A stretch of DNA of 64,000 nucleotides from positions 17,529 to 81,528 of the forward strand of contig JAFQEG010000030.1 of NCBI GenBank assembly GCA_017399145.1, written 5' to 3'. Below the pieces are notes generated by a model. That model did not search any database, was not told the origin of the DNA, and saw only the letters and a program-made list of their open reading frames with translations. This document shows, one piece after another, positions 45,018-54,359 of the stretch. The DNA is from Clostridia bacterium. GTDB lineage: Bacteria; Bacillota; Clostridia; Oscillospirales; CAG-272. Numbering within the stretch: the stretch's first letter is position 1; each line of letters starts with the position of its first letter. Both the position numbers and the translations under genes were made by a program.

Positions 45018-46091
45018 TTGGAATTAAAAAAGGTTTTAGTGGCAATGAGTGGTGGCGTTGATAGCTGTGCTACTGCTGTCATTGTGAAAAATATGGGCTA
45101 CGATTGTCTTGGTGCTACAATGAAGCTTCACACACCTTCGGGGGGACAGGGTTGCGTTACCGACAAGGACATTGACGATGCCCGTCTAGCCTGTGATATT
45201 TTAAAAATCCCCCACCACGTGGTTGATTTTTCACAGGATTTTGACAAATTTGTAATCGGAGATTTTATCTCATCTTATGAAAACGGTGCTACTCCTAATC
45301 CTTGTATTGAGTGTAATTTTAAGCTAAAATTTGACAAGCTATTTGATTATGCTAAAAGTCAAGGCTGTGATTTCGTTGCAACGGGTCACTATGCAAGGGT
45401 TGAGTATTCAGACAAGTATCAAAGAAAGGTTTTAAAAAAGGCACTTGATTTGTCCAAGGACCAAAGCTACGTGCTTTATCGCATATCTGGGGAAAATTTA
45501 AATTCCCTTATCTTCCCTCTTGGCAATGTTTTGTCAAAGAGTGAGTCAAGAGATTTGGTTGATAAGGCAGGTATTCCTCTAGGGGCTAAAAAGGATAGTC
45601 AAGATATTTGCTTTGTGCCCGATGGTGACTATGCTAAATTCATTGAGGAATATACAGGCAAGTCCTACCCTGTTGGTGATTTTGTTACTACCGATGGTAG
45701 ATTTTTAGGTAAGCACAAGGGTATAATTAGATATACAATAGGGCAAAGAAAGGGTCTTGGTCTTGCCCTTGACCATTCTATGTACGTTGTTGAAAAGGAT
45801 TTAGACACAAACAAGGTTGTAATAGGGGACACCCCCGACCTTATGTCAAGGGAGCTATACGCAAACGAGGTAAACCTATCGGCTATTGATAAAATAGACA
45901 CTCCCCTACGTGTTTTTGCAAAAATTCGCTACAAGCAACAGGAAAGCCCTGCAACGGTAACCTTAGAAAATGGTCTTTTACACGTTGTATTTGACGAGCC
46001 ACAAAGAGCTATTTGCAAGGGTCAAAGCGTTGTAATTTATGACGGTGATATTGTGCTTGGTGGCGGAAAAATTTCACAGGTAATTAAATAA
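45018..46091 (+). CDS. mnmA: tRNA 2-thiouridine(34) synthase
   Basis: PP-loop VAMSGGVDS. The start is uncertain: TTG 44991 (track), TTG 45018 (chosen, giving MELKKVLVAMSGG) or ATG 45045. Confidence 0.85.
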   Translation: MELKKVLVAMSGGVDSCATAVIVKNMGYDCLGATMKLHTPSGGQGCVTDKDIDDARLACDILKIPHHVVDFSQDFDKFVIGDFISSYENGATPNPCIECNFKLKFDKLFDYAKSQGCDFVATGHYARVEYSDKYQRKVLKKALDLSKDQSYVLYRISGENLNSLIFPLGNVLSKSESRDLVDKAGIPLGAKKDSQDICFVPDGDYAKFIEEYTGKSYPVGDFVTTDGRFLGKHKGIIRYTIGQRKGLGLALDHSMYVVEKDLDTNKVVIGDTPDLMSRELYANEVNLSAIDKIDTPLRVFAKIRYKQQESPATVTLENGLLHVVFDEPQRAICKGQSVVIYDGDIVLGGGKISQVIK

Positions 46092-46102
46092 GAGGTATTA
46101 AG

Positions 46103-46303
46103 ATGACACAGGAAAAGATTGATAGAATTAACTTTCTTGCAAAAAAGAAAAAGGCTGAGGGACTAACCCCCGAGGAATTGGCTGAGCAACAGGCACTATA
46201 TAAGGAATACATTGATGGTTATCGCAAGAATTTACAAGCATCTCTTGGTGGAATTACTGTTCAAAATCCCGACGGAAGCAAGACAAAGCTAAAGAAAAAA
46301 TAA
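46103..46303 (+). CDS. DUF896 (YnzC-like) small protein
   Basis: IDRINFLAKKKKAEGLTPEELAEQQALYKEYIDGYRKNL matches the family pattern. Confidence 0.7.
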   Translation: MTQEKIDRINFLAKKKKAEGLTPEELAEQQALYKEYIDGYRKNLQASLGGITVQNPDGSKTKLKKK

Positions 46304-46307
46304 TATT

Positions 46308-46341
46308 TTGCCCCTTGATTTTTTGTCAAGGGGTCTTTTTT
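46308..46341 (+). terminator. rho-independent terminator
   Basis: CCCCTTGA-ttttttg-TCAAGGGG followed by a T-run. Confidence 0.8.
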
Positions 46342-46372
46342 CACAGAATAGCACAGCTTTACAAAAAGGGGA

Positions 46373-46401
46373 TTGACTTTTTATTTACAATGGTATATAC
46401 T
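46373..46401 (+). promoter_or_regulatory. orphan promoter
   Basis: TTGACT (46373-46378), 17-nt spacer, TATACT (46396-46401). No ORF follows. Confidence 0.5.
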
Positions 46402-46407
46402 TATATC

Positions 46408-46468
46408 AACCAGAGAAGAAAATTATTTCTTTCAGCCACGGGAAGTACCACGTGGTGTTTTCTTTTTT
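46408..46468 (+). ncRNA. candidate small RNA or leader of unknown class
   Basis: It lies between the orphan promoter and the terminator. It has the hairpin GAAGAAA-auua-UUUCUUU, then CCACG-ggaaguacca-CGUGG followed by UGUUUUCUUUUUU. A second terminator (CTATGTA-gctaa-TACATAG plus T-run) sits at 46474-46502. Confidence 0.25.
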
Positions 46469-46563
46469 ATAGTCTATGTAGCTAATACATAGGCTCTTTT
46501 TTATATTCTGTATTCTGTTGTAGGATTAGATTAGCCTTAAATATAATAATTATTATTTTTATA

Positions 46564-46592
46564 TTGAAATATTTTTACTTGTGTGGTAGAAT
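46564..46592 (+). promoter_or_regulatory. promoter of topB (extended -10)
   Basis: TTGAAA (46564-46569), 17-nt spacer ending in TGG, TAGAAT (46587-46592). Confidence 0.6.
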
Positions 46593-46625
46593 GGTTTTGT
46601 ATCGACTTAAGAAAGGAGAGAGAAA

Positions 46626-48731
46626 ATGCAACTGATTATTGCGGAAAAGCCTTCCCTTGCAAGGAATATTATTCAAGGAATTGCAAGGCTACAAAAGGAC
46701 GAAATGAAGAAAAAGAATGGCTATTACGAGGGTGGCAATTACGTTGTTACTTGGGTTTTCGGTCACCTTTTCTCTCTTGCTGATATTGAGGAATATTCCC
46801 CATCTAAGTCGGGTAAATGGGAAATGGATAATCTTCCTTGCTTTCCTGAAAGATTTAAGTTTAATTTAAAGACCGGACCTGACAAAAAGGTTGATTCCGG
46901 TGTGCAAAAGCAATTTGGTGTTATTAAGTATCTTTGCAACAGACGTGACATTGACACTATTGTAAATGCAGGTGACTCGGACCGTGAGGGTGAAATTATT
47001 GTAAGAATTTGCGTTGAAAATGCTCTTGAGTCACAAAAAAACCTTGTGCGTCTTTGGTTGCCCGACCAAACGCCTGAAACCGTTTCAGCAGGGCTTCAGG
47101 ATTTAAAGAATGAGGTTGAATACGATAATCTTGCAAACGAGGGCTTTGCACGTACCTATATTGACTGGCTTTACGGTGTTAACCTAACTCGCTTTGCTAC
47201 ACTTAAAACGGGTAAGCTACTTCGTGTTGGTCGTGTTATTGTGCCTATTGTTAAGGCTATTTACGACAGAGACCTAGCTATAAGAAACTTTGTGCCTGAG
47301 AAGTATTATGTAATTACCTCACACGAAAAGACAAACGATGAGTTCGTTGATTTGACCTCGAAGAATAAGTTTACTAAGGACGAGTATCAAAAGGCCCTTG
47401 ATGCCTGTAAAAAATACAACGAGGTTGATGCAATTGTAACCTCAGTTAAGACAAAAAAGGATACCCTTTCCCCACCTAAATTGTTCTCTCTTTCTAAATT
47501 GCAAAGCTATTTAGGTAAGAAGTTTAAGATGTCAATGGACGACTCCTTGTCTACTGTGCAAAAGCTATACGAGGACGGATACGTTACTTACCCTCGTACA
47601 AACTCTGAGTATTTAGCAACTGCGGAGCAGGGAAAGATTAAGACTATCATTGCAAACGTTGCAAAGCTTGGCTACCCTGTTAAGTTTAAATTTGCTAAGT
47701 CTATATTTGACGATTCTAAGATTGAGTCCCACTCTGCCCTAACACCTACCTATAAAATTCCTGACCCTAAGACGCTTAATGAAAGAGAAAAACAGGTTTA
47801 CTCTACTATTTTAAGGCGATTTGTGGCAGTATTTTGCGCTGACGATTGCTTGATTGAAAGGTCGGAGATTAAGATAAACGTAGGGGACCTAGAGGAATTT
47901 GTTTTAAAGGGTACTGTTATTACTCAAGCAGGCTGGACTAAGTTTGACGACTACACCCCTAAGGACAAGATTTTGCCTAAGCTTTCTAAGGGGGATAAGG
48001 TAAATACCTGCTTTAAGCCTGTGGAAAAGGAAACTACTCCACCTAAGCATTACACCATTGAAACACTTAATAACTACCTTAAAAATCCTTTTAAGGAGGA
48101 TAAGGCAAACGCAGACGAAAGTGACGACGAGGATTACAAGGCTATCTTTGAGGGTCTTGAATTAGGCACAGAGGCGACTCGTACGGGAATTATTGAAAAT
48201 GCCTGTAAGAGTGCTTACATTATGCTTAAAAAGGACTCTTATTATATCTTGCCTGACGGTGAGTACTTGATTGAGGCACTTTCTCAGCTAGGTATTATTA
48301 TGGATAAGTATAAGACCTCGCAAATGGGTCAAGCGCTTAAGAGAGTTTTCCGTGGGGAGTGTACGATTTTCGATAGCGTTGGTCTTGCGCAAAAGGAAAT
48401 TAGAGAGATTTTTGATAAGTCTCTTGACGTAAATCCTGAGCTTGATATTAACATTGGCTTGTTTGGTGAGATAGTTGGAAAATGTCCTCTTTGCGACCAC
48501 GACGTGGTAAGGACAAAATTCGGCTACGGCTGTACAGGCTACAAGGAAGAAAACGGCTGTAAGTTTTCCATTAACAAAACTATTTGCTCACGCACAATTT
48601 CAATTTCAAACGTAAAAATGCTACTAGCCACCGGTAAAACTAGCAAGATTAAGGGCTTTATTTCTAAAAACAAAAAGTCCTTTGATGCAGTTCTAAAATT
48701 ACAAGATGGCAAGGTTGTGTTTGATTTTTAA
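46626..48731 (+). CDS. topB: DNA topoisomerase III (type IA)
   Basis: TOPRIM N-terminus MQLIIAEKPSLARNI, active-site region YVTYPRTNS, C-terminal zinc ribbons CPLCDHDV...GCTGYKEENGCKF, 701 aa. Confidence 0.9.
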   Translation: MQLIIAEKPSLARNIIQGIARLQKDEMKKKNGYYEGGNYVVTWVFGHLFSLADIEEYSPSKSGKWEMDNLPCFPERFKFNLKTGPDKKVDSGVQKQFGVIKYLCNRRDIDTIVNAGDSDREGEIIVRICVENALESQKNLVRLWLPDQTPETVSAGLQDLKNEVEYDNLANEGFARTYIDWLYGVNLTRFATLKTGKLLRVGRVIVPIVKAIYDRDLAIRNFVPEKYYVITSHEKTNDEFVDLTSKNKFTKDEYQKALDACKKYNEVDAIVTSVKTKKDTLSPPKLFSLSKLQSYLGKKFKMSMDDSLSTVQKLYEDGYVTYPRTNSEYLATAEQGKIKTIIANVAKLGYPVKFKFAKSIFDDSKIESHSALTPTYKIPDPKTLNEREKQVYSTILRRFVAVFCADDCLIERSEIKINVGDLEEFVLKGTVITQAGWTKFDDYTPKDKILPKLSKGDKVNTCFKPVEKETTPPKHYTIETLNNYLKNPFKEDKANADESDDEDYKAIFEGLELGTEATRTGIIENACKSAYIMLKKDSYYILPDGEYLIEALSQLGIIMDKYKTSQMGQALKRVFRGECTIFDSVGLAQKEIREIFDKSLDVNPELDINIGLFGEIVGKCPLCDHDVVRTKFGYGCTGYKEENGCKFSINKTICSRTISISNVKMLLATGKTSKIKGFISKNKKSFDAVLKLQDGKVVFDF

Positions 48732-49012
48732 CAAAGGCACGCTTCGTTGAAGCTACACCTCATCCGTCTGCTATGCAGACACCTTCTGCACAAGGCACGC
48801 CCTGAAGGGTGCCCTCAAGGGGAAGGCTCAATTTTGATGCAGTTCTAAAATTACAGGACGGCAAGGTTGTGTTTGATTTTTAACAAAGGCACGCTTCGTT
48901 GAAGCTACACCTCATCCGTCTGCTTTGCAGACACCTTCTGCACAAGGCACGTTTCTTCAGGGTGTCCTCAAGGGGAAGGCTTATAGACGGCGGGGTGTGT
49001 TTGATTTTTGAT
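48681..49012. repeat. 152-bp tandem repeat, about 2.2 copies (topB 3' end plus hairpin-mosaic element)
   Basis: Copy 1 is 48681-48832, copy 2 is 48833-48984, and a partial copy 3 is 48985-49012. Each unit holds the last 16 codons plus the stop of topB and the element GCTACACCTCATCCGTCTGCtatGCAGACACCTTC...CAAGGGGAAGGC. Confidence 0.85.
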
Positions 49013-49050
49013 TATATTCCTTGGCGAAATAAATATATTGGAGAAATAAA

Positions 49051-49539
49051 ATGGAAAGAGTTTCTAAGCACAATTATTATTTAGATATTGCACAGACAGT
49101 ATCAGAAAGAAGCACCTGTATAAGACGCAGATTTGGTGCTATTATTGTAAAAAATGACGTTATTGTATCTACCGGCTACAATGGTGCCCCTCGTGGTAGA
49201 AGAAATTGTAACGAGATCGGTAGCTGTACTCGTGATGACCTTGGTATTCCTAAGGGCGAAAGATACGAGCTTTGCAGAAGCGTACACGCAGAGGCTAATG
49301 CTATTATTTCCGCCTCCCGTGAGCAAATGCTTGGGGCTACACTTTATATGTGCTGTACTGACCCTAAGACTGAGGAAATTATCGGTGGTATGAATAGCTG
49401 TATGATGTGCAAGCGCCAAATTATTAACGCAGGTATTGAAAGAGTTATTATTAGAAATACAAAGCTTGAATTTACAATCGTTGACGTAGCTGATTGGATT
49501 TCTAACGACGATAGCCTATCCGGTAAGTTTGGATACTAA
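49051..49539 (+). CDS. dCMP deaminase (ComEB-like)
   Basis: Zinc motifs HAEANAI and CMMCKRQII, 162 aa. Confidence 0.85.
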   Translation: MERVSKHNYYLDIAQTVSERSTCIRRRFGAIIVKNDVIVSTGYNGAPRGRRNCNEIGSCTRDDLGIPKGERYELCRSVHAEANAIISASREQMLGATLYMCCTDPKTEEIIGGMNSCMMCKRQIINAGIERVIIRNTKLEFTIVDVADWISNDDSLSGKFGY

Positions 49540-49987
49540 TATGGACCTTATAATTGAGCCTCTTACACCCGAATTTGTGGACCAAGTGGCTGAAATTGAG
49601 AAGGAATGCTTCTCTGTCCCCTTTACTAAGAATGATATTTTGTCCTATCTAGAAAAGGACTATTGGCATTTTCTTATAGCAAGGGACTCTTCAGAGGTTT
49701 TGGGCTACATTAGCTTTACTCTAATCGTTGACGAGTGTAATATCTGCAACGTGGCAACAAAAGGCAAGTATCGTGGTCTTGGTGTTGGGTCTTGTCTTGT
49801 GAACAGCGCTATTTCCTTTGTTTTGAAAAATGGTGGTGACAAGCTATTTTTAGAGGTGCGAGAAAGCAACAAGGTTGCTATTCGTTTATATGAAAAATTT
49901 GGCTTTTTAGTGGCAGGAGTGTCTAAAAATCACTACTCCAAGCCTCTTGAAAATGCGGTGCTTATGAATTTATTTTTAAAAAACTAG
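49529..49987 (+). CDS. rimI: ribosomal-protein-alanine N-acetyltransferase (GNAT)
   Basis: GNAT motif YRGLGVGSCLV, directly upstream of tsaD. The start could instead be the ATG at 49541. Confidence 0.75.
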   Translation: MDTNMDLIIEPLTPEFVDQVAEIEKECFSVPFTKNDILSYLEKDYWHFLIARDSSEVLGYISFTLIVDECNICNVATKGKYRGLGVGSCLVNSAISFVLKNGGDKLFLEVRESNKVAIRLYEKFGFLVAGVSKNHYSKPLENAVLMNLFLKN

Positions 49988-50007
49988 GAAAGTGAGGTAA
50001 TTCCACC

Positions 50008-51009
50008 GTGTATATCCTATCCTTTGAGTCCTCTTGCGACGAAACTGCTTGTGCAGTTGTGGAAATGAGTGAGGGCACAAGAGAAATAAAATCGAATATT
50101 ATTGCATCACAGGTGGATATTCACGCACTTTATGGTGGGGTTGTGCCTGAGATTGCAAGTCGCGCCCATATTGAGGCTATTTCAAAGATTACCTACGAGG
50201 CACTTGATGTCGCTGGGCTTAAAATTAGTGATATTGATATGATTGCAGTAACTCAAGGTCCTGGTCTTATTGGCGCACTTTTGGTGGCAGTTAGCTTTGC
50301 TAAGGCTCTTGCATTTGCTAACAATATACCTCTTGTGCCTGTTGATCATATTAAGGGTCACGTGGCAGCGAATTATTTAACCCATAAGGATTTAAAGCCC
50401 CCATTTCTTGCCCTTGTTATGTCGGGGGGACACACCTCGTTCTTTGATGTAAAATCATATACGGATTTTGAGGAAATTGCCTCAACTCAGGACGACGCAG
50501 CAGGGGAATGCTTTGACAAGATTGGTCGTGTAATGGGTCTTCCTTACCCTGGTGGTAGCGCCCTTGATAGACTTGCTACAATGGGTAATAAGCAATCAAT
50601 TCAGTTTCCCTCTCCTGCAATTTCTAAGGACACACTAAACTTTTCATTTAGTGGACTTAAAACTGCAGTTATTAACTACATTAATACTAAAAGGCAAAAG
50701 GGCGAGGAATTATGCCGTGAGGATATTTGCGCAAGTGTTACTCACTCAATCGTTGAGGCTGTTGTGTCAAAGGTTGATATTGCCCTTAAGAAAACCGGCT
50801 ATGACAAGATTGTGCTTGCCGGTGGTGTTAGCGCAAACTCACACATTCGCGCAGGAATTGAAGAGGTATGCAAAAAATCCGGTGCTACCTTTTATGCGCC
50901 TTCCCTTAGTCTTTGTGGTGACAATGGTGCTATGATTGGCGCACAGGGCTACTATGAATATTTAAATGGTGTGCGTGGTAGCGAGAATCTAAACGCATAT
51001 CCTAGCTGA
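50008..51009 (+). CDS. tsaD: tRNA N6-adenosine threonylcarbamoyltransferase
   Basis: ILSFESSCDETACAV N-terminus, VDHIKGH, GVSAN motifs, GTG start. Confidence 0.9.
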   Translation: MYILSFESSCDETACAVVEMSEGTREIKSNIIASQVDIHALYGGVVPEIASRAHIEAISKITYEALDVAGLKISDIDMIAVTQGPGLIGALLVAVSFAKALAFANNIPLVPVDHIKGHVAANYLTHKDLKPPFLALVMSGGHTSFFDVKSYTDFEEIASTQDDAAGECFDKIGRVMGLPYPGGSALDRLATMGNKQSIQFPSPAISKDTLNFSFSGLKTAVINYINTKRQKGEELCREDICASVTHSIVEAVVSKVDIALKKTGYDKIVLAGGVSANSHIRAGIEEVCKKSGATFYAPSLSLCGDNGAMIGAQGYYEYLNGVRGSENLNAYPS

Positions 51010-51030
51010 CCTTAAATTGGAGAATTAGAA

Positions 51031-51981
51031 GTGAAAATTGAGATAAAATATTCAGGAAGTATTTTAAATCTTCCTGCTAGTGTAACGGACTTTGTAAAGG
51101 ATGCAAGCGAGTCCGACTTAAAGGTTATTCTTGGAATTTTTGGATACCTTGGGTCCCTTTCCTCCTTTGAAAAATGTATTCCCTTGCTTGCCGATAATTT
51201 AGGGCTTACTATTGAAGAAATTGAAAACTCTCTTGGATTTTGGCACAATGCAGGTGTTATTTCTGTTGAGGGGTTAAGCACTGATATATCAAAATCCGTT
51301 GAGATTGAAAGTGCCGAGAAAAACTCAGTGCCTACCTACACAGGAAAGCAAATTGCTTCCTTTATTGAAAATAATAAGGATATTGAAACCTTGTTTATTT
51401 CCTGTCAAGGTGTGCTTGGCAAAAGCTTTACAACTCACGATTACAATGCGGTTTTGTTTTTGAAAAGCTACTACAAGCTAAGTGACGAATATATTCTTTT
51501 GTTGCTTGCTCATTGTGTTGAGTGCGACAAGGCAGGCTGGGCTTACATAAGAAAGACTGCTCGCTTGCTTTACGACGAGGGTATTGATACCTACGAGAAG
51601 CTTGAAAATCACTTCTCTGCTCGTAAAAACAAGCGTAGCCTTGAATATAAGATAAGAAAGCTTTTTGAAATTGGCGAAAGAGAGCTTTCCCATAAGGAAA
51701 GAGAGCTTTTTGAGCGTCTTGAGGGCTTTAAGGTTAAGTTTGATATTATCAAGCTTGCCTATGACGTAACCGTTGACAACACTAAAAGCGCATCCCTTAC
51801 CTACATGGTTAAGGTAATTGACAACTGGCTTGCTAGTGGTGTAAAGACCGTTGAGGATGCGCAAAAGCAAATTGAAAGCCGTAAGGCAGGTAAGCTTCAG
51901 CTTTCATCCTTTGATGCAGATGATTTCTTTGCTCATGCTGTACAAAGGTCTAAGGAAAAAATGGCGAAGAATAAAAAGTAA
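51031..51981 (+). CDS. DnaD-domain replication initiation/membrane attachment protein (B. subtilis DnaB-like)
   Basis: 316 aa, GTG start after GGAG. The DnaD-like C-terminal domain has the YMVKVIDNWLASGVKT pattern. It lies immediately upstream of dnaI, as in the dnaB-dnaI operons of Firmicutes. Confidence 0.7.
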   Translation: MKIEIKYSGSILNLPASVTDFVKDASESDLKVILGIFGYLGSLSSFEKCIPLLADNLGLTIEEIENSLGFWHNAGVISVEGLSTDISKSVEIESAEKNSVPTYTGKQIASFIENNKDIETLFISCQGVLGKSFTTHDYNAVLFLKSYYKLSDEYILLLLAHCVECDKAGWAYIRKTARLLYDEGIDTYEKLENHFSARKNKRSLEYKIRKLFEIGERELSHKERELFERLEGFKVKFDIIKLAYDVTVDNTKSASLTYMVKVIDNWLASGVKTVEDAQKQIESRKAGKLQLSSFDADDFFAHAVQRSKEKMAKNKK

Positions 51982-51998
51982 TTTGAAGGGGATTTAAT

Positions 51999-52946
51999 AT
52001 GAGCTTTTCAAAAAAGGTTATTGCCTCTGTCCGTTTGGAATATGACGAAAGACTTGCAAGAAAAAAAGAGGAATACGAGGCTAGAATTAACTATGTGCAT
52101 AGCAAAATTCCTCAGCTTATTAAGATAGATAATGAGCTTTCTAAAACTGGTGTGAAGATTTTTTCTGCGTCCTTTGGAGATAAGGAAACTCTTTCACAAA
52201 GGATTGAGTCGCTTAAAAAGGAAAATTTTGAGCTTCAAGCAAAAAGGGCCTCTCTTTTGGAAAAGGCAGGCTTTCCTCTAGATTATACTAATTTCAAGTA
52301 TGATTGCGAGGTTTGTAGAGATACGGGCTACACCCACGACGGAATTTGCCCCTGTTACAGAAACGCCCTTGTAAGAAAGCAAATTGAGCAAAGTGGCTTT
52401 GCATCTGTAATTGATAAATGTAGCTTTGAGAATTTTAGTCTTGACTATTACCCCAATAAGGATAGTATGAAGGAGGTTTTGGACCACCTAAGAGATTATG
52501 CGAATAATTTTTCTCGCTCATCCTCTAGTCTTTTGCTAGTTGGCGCAACTGGTCTTGGTAAGACTCACCTGTCTGCCTCGGTGGCAAGGGTGCTTATTGA
52601 AAATGGTCACGACGTGGTATGCGAGTCAGCACAAAATATCTTTTCTAATTTTAATAAGGAAAGATTTGCACAAAGTGAAAGCGATTTAGTTTGCGATAAG
52701 TATCTTGAGGCAGAATTGCTTATTATTGATGATTTGGGCGCTGAGGCGGTTACTCAATTCTCTGTTTCTTGCCTTTACAATCTTATCAATACAAGGCTTA
52801 ACAATGGCTTGCCCACTATTGCAAGCACTAACCTTTCCTCCGGCGAGATTAAAAAGATGTATAATGATAGAATTACTAGCCGTCTTTTTGGCGAGTATGA
52901 TATTCTAGTTTTTCAAGGAAACGACATTAGAAAATTAAAAAAATAA
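51999..52946 (+). CDS. dnaI: primosomal helicase loader DnaI/DnaC-family ATPase
   Basis: N-terminal zinc motif CEVCRDTGY...CPC, Walker A GATGLGKTHL, Walker B LLIIDDLG. Confidence 0.8.
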   Translation: MSFSKKVIASVRLEYDERLARKKEEYEARINYVHSKIPQLIKIDNELSKTGVKIFSASFGDKETLSQRIESLKKENFELQAKRASLLEKAGFPLDYTNFKYDCEVCRDTGYTHDGICPCYRNALVRKQIEQSGFASVIDKCSFENFSLDYYPNKDSMKEVLDHLRDYANNFSRSSSSLLLVGATGLGKTHLSASVARVLIENGHDVVCESAQNIFSNFNKERFAQSESDLVCDKYLEAELLIIDDLGAEAVTQFSVSCLYNLINTRLNNGLPTIASTNLSSGEIKKMYNDRITSRLFGEYDILVFQGNDIRKLKK

Positions 52947-52962
52947 ATTTTTCAAAAAACTA

Positions 52963-52991
52963 TTGACAAGCTAGGTGTTTCGTGTTATAAT
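52963..52991 (+). promoter_or_regulatory. promoter of the rplJL operon
   Basis: TTGACA (52963-52968), 17-nt spacer, TATAAT (52986-52991). Confidence 0.75.
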
Positions 52992-52997
52992 ACCTAC

Positions 52998-53130
52998 GCT
53001 AATCCAAAGACAGCAGGTTACGGTAATTGCATTTAGTATGCTTCCTGCCGAGGAAAGAGTTAATATTTTTAATAATTAAATCTTTTTTCGGTATGCATAT
53101 TTTATGTTTATCGTGAAAAGATTTTTTCTT
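52998..53130 (+). promoter_or_regulatory. ribosomal protein L10 leader (autoregulatory attenuator)
   Basis: Its position upstream of rplJ fits. AAAGACAGCAGG...CTTCCTGCCGAGG helices are as I recall for the L10 leader. An attenuator hairpin ATCTTTTT..GAAAAGAT plus T-run follows (about 53080-53132). Confidence 0.55.
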
Positions 53131-53170
53131 TTATATGGCTGTTACGGAAATAACTAAGGAGGTTGTTTTT

Positions 53171-53683
53171 ATGCCAAGCAATTCAGTTCTTGAACAAAAG
53201 AAGGCCGTTGTTGCTGACCTCGTTGAAAAAATGAAGAGAGCGCAATCAGGCGTTGTTGTTCAATACCAGGGTATCACTGTTGACAATGATACAAAGATGC
53301 GTGCCGCTTTCAGAAAAGCAGGCGTTGACTACATGGTTGTAAAGAATACACTTATTGGTCGTGCTTGTGATGAGGTTGGTTACGGTGAAATGAAGGAAAG
53401 TCTTAACGGTATGAGCGCTATCGCTTTCGGTTATGATGATCCAATTGCTCCTGCAAAGATTGCTAAAGAATACGCAGATAAGGTTCAAACCTTTGAAATT
53501 AAGTGCGGATTCCTTGACAATGCTGTTGTAAGCGCTGACACAGTAAAGGCTCTTGCTGATATCCCATCAAGAGAGGTTCTTCTTGCAAGATTCTTGGGAA
53601 GCATTCAAGGTCCTATCTCAGGCTTTGCTCGTGCTATTCAAGCTGTTATCGACAGCAAGGGTGGCGAGGCTGCTGCTGAATAA
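53171..53683 (+). CDS. rplJ: 50S ribosomal protein L10
   Basis: I chose the ATG at 53171 after AAGGAGG. The sequence is typical of L10. Confidence 0.9.
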   Translation: MPSNSVLEQKKAVVADLVEKMKRAQSGVVVQYQGITVDNDTKMRAAFRKAGVDYMVVKNTLIGRACDEVGYGEMKESLNGMSAIAFGYDDPIAPAKIAKEYADKVQTFEIKCGFLDNAVVSADTVKALADIPSREVLLARFLGSIQGPISGFARAIQAVIDSKGGEAAAE

Positions 53684-53772
53684 GGCTTAACATATTGCCT
53701 TGCATTTCTTTGCAAAAATATGTACATTAAATTAAATTAAAAATTATTTAAATTTACGGAGGATTATTTATC

Positions 53773-54144
53773 ATGGCTAACGAAAAGATTACAAATATCG
53801 TTGAAGAAATCAAAACTCTTACTATTCTTGAGCTTGCTGACCTTGTAAAGGCAGTTGAGGAAGAATTTGGCGTATCTGCTGCTCCTGTTGCAGTTGCAGG
53901 TGCTGCTGTTGCTGCTGCTCCTGTTGAGGAGAAGACAGAATTTGACGTTGTTCTTGTTGATGCAGGTGCATCCAAGCTTAACGTTATTAAGGTTGTTCGT
54001 GAGATCACAGGTCTTGGTCTTAAGGAAGCTAAGGAGCTTGTTGAGTCTGCTCCAAAGACACTTAAGGAAGCAGTTTCTAAGGAAACAGCTGAAGGCATCG
54101 CTAAGCAACTTACAGAAGCTGGCGCTAAGGCGGAGGTTAAGTAA
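53773..54144 (+). CDS. rplL: 50S ribosomal protein L7/L12
   Basis: Ala-rich hinge [18 protein letters not shown] and C-terminal domain [24 protein letters not shown]. Confidence 0.95.
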   Translation: MANEKITNIVEEIKTLTILELADLVKAVEEEFGVSAAPVAVAGAAVAAAPVEEKTEFDVVLVDAGASKLNVIKVVREITGLGLKEAKELVESAPKTLKEAVSKETAEGIAKQLTEAGAKAEVK

Positions 54145-54162
54145 TTTAAAAAACAATTTCCT

Positions 54163-54197
54163 AAAAAAAGGACTACCGTTTGGTAGTCCCTTTTTTA
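54163..54197 (+). terminator. terminator of rplJL
   Basis: GGACTACC-gttt-GGTAGTCC followed by T6. Confidence 0.85.
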
Positions 54198-54323
54198 TCT
54201 TAATCTTTTGTAATGTGCTTCAAAAAATTGATCTTTATAAATTTACCGAGCTTGCTTCTCAAGACCTTATCAGTATCATAAGAAAATTTTTTCATTAAGC
54301 TATTAAGACTATCTTTTAAAAAA

Positions 54324-54358
54324 TTAGCGTGTTTTCGTTGAGCAAAACACGCTAATTT
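54324..54358 (-). terminator. terminator of the HAD gene
   Basis: TTAGCGTGTTTT-cgttgagc-AAAACACGCTAA, with a T-run on the minus strand. Confidence 0.75.
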
Positions 54359-54359
54359 C

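Noticed and set aside
54202-54295. A 31-codon minus-strand ORF (MKKFSYDTDKVLRSKLGKFIKINFLKHITKD) between the rplL and HAD terminators.
   Set aside because: It has no Shine-Dalgarno sequence and lies between two terminators. It is too short to assess, so I do not report it as a gene.
53754-54298. Track ORFs overlapping rplL (53754-54098 -, 53764-54156 -, 53855-54298 +).
   Set aside because: These are shadow ORFs of a highly expressed, GC-biased and Ala-rich gene. The rplL frame is unambiguous.
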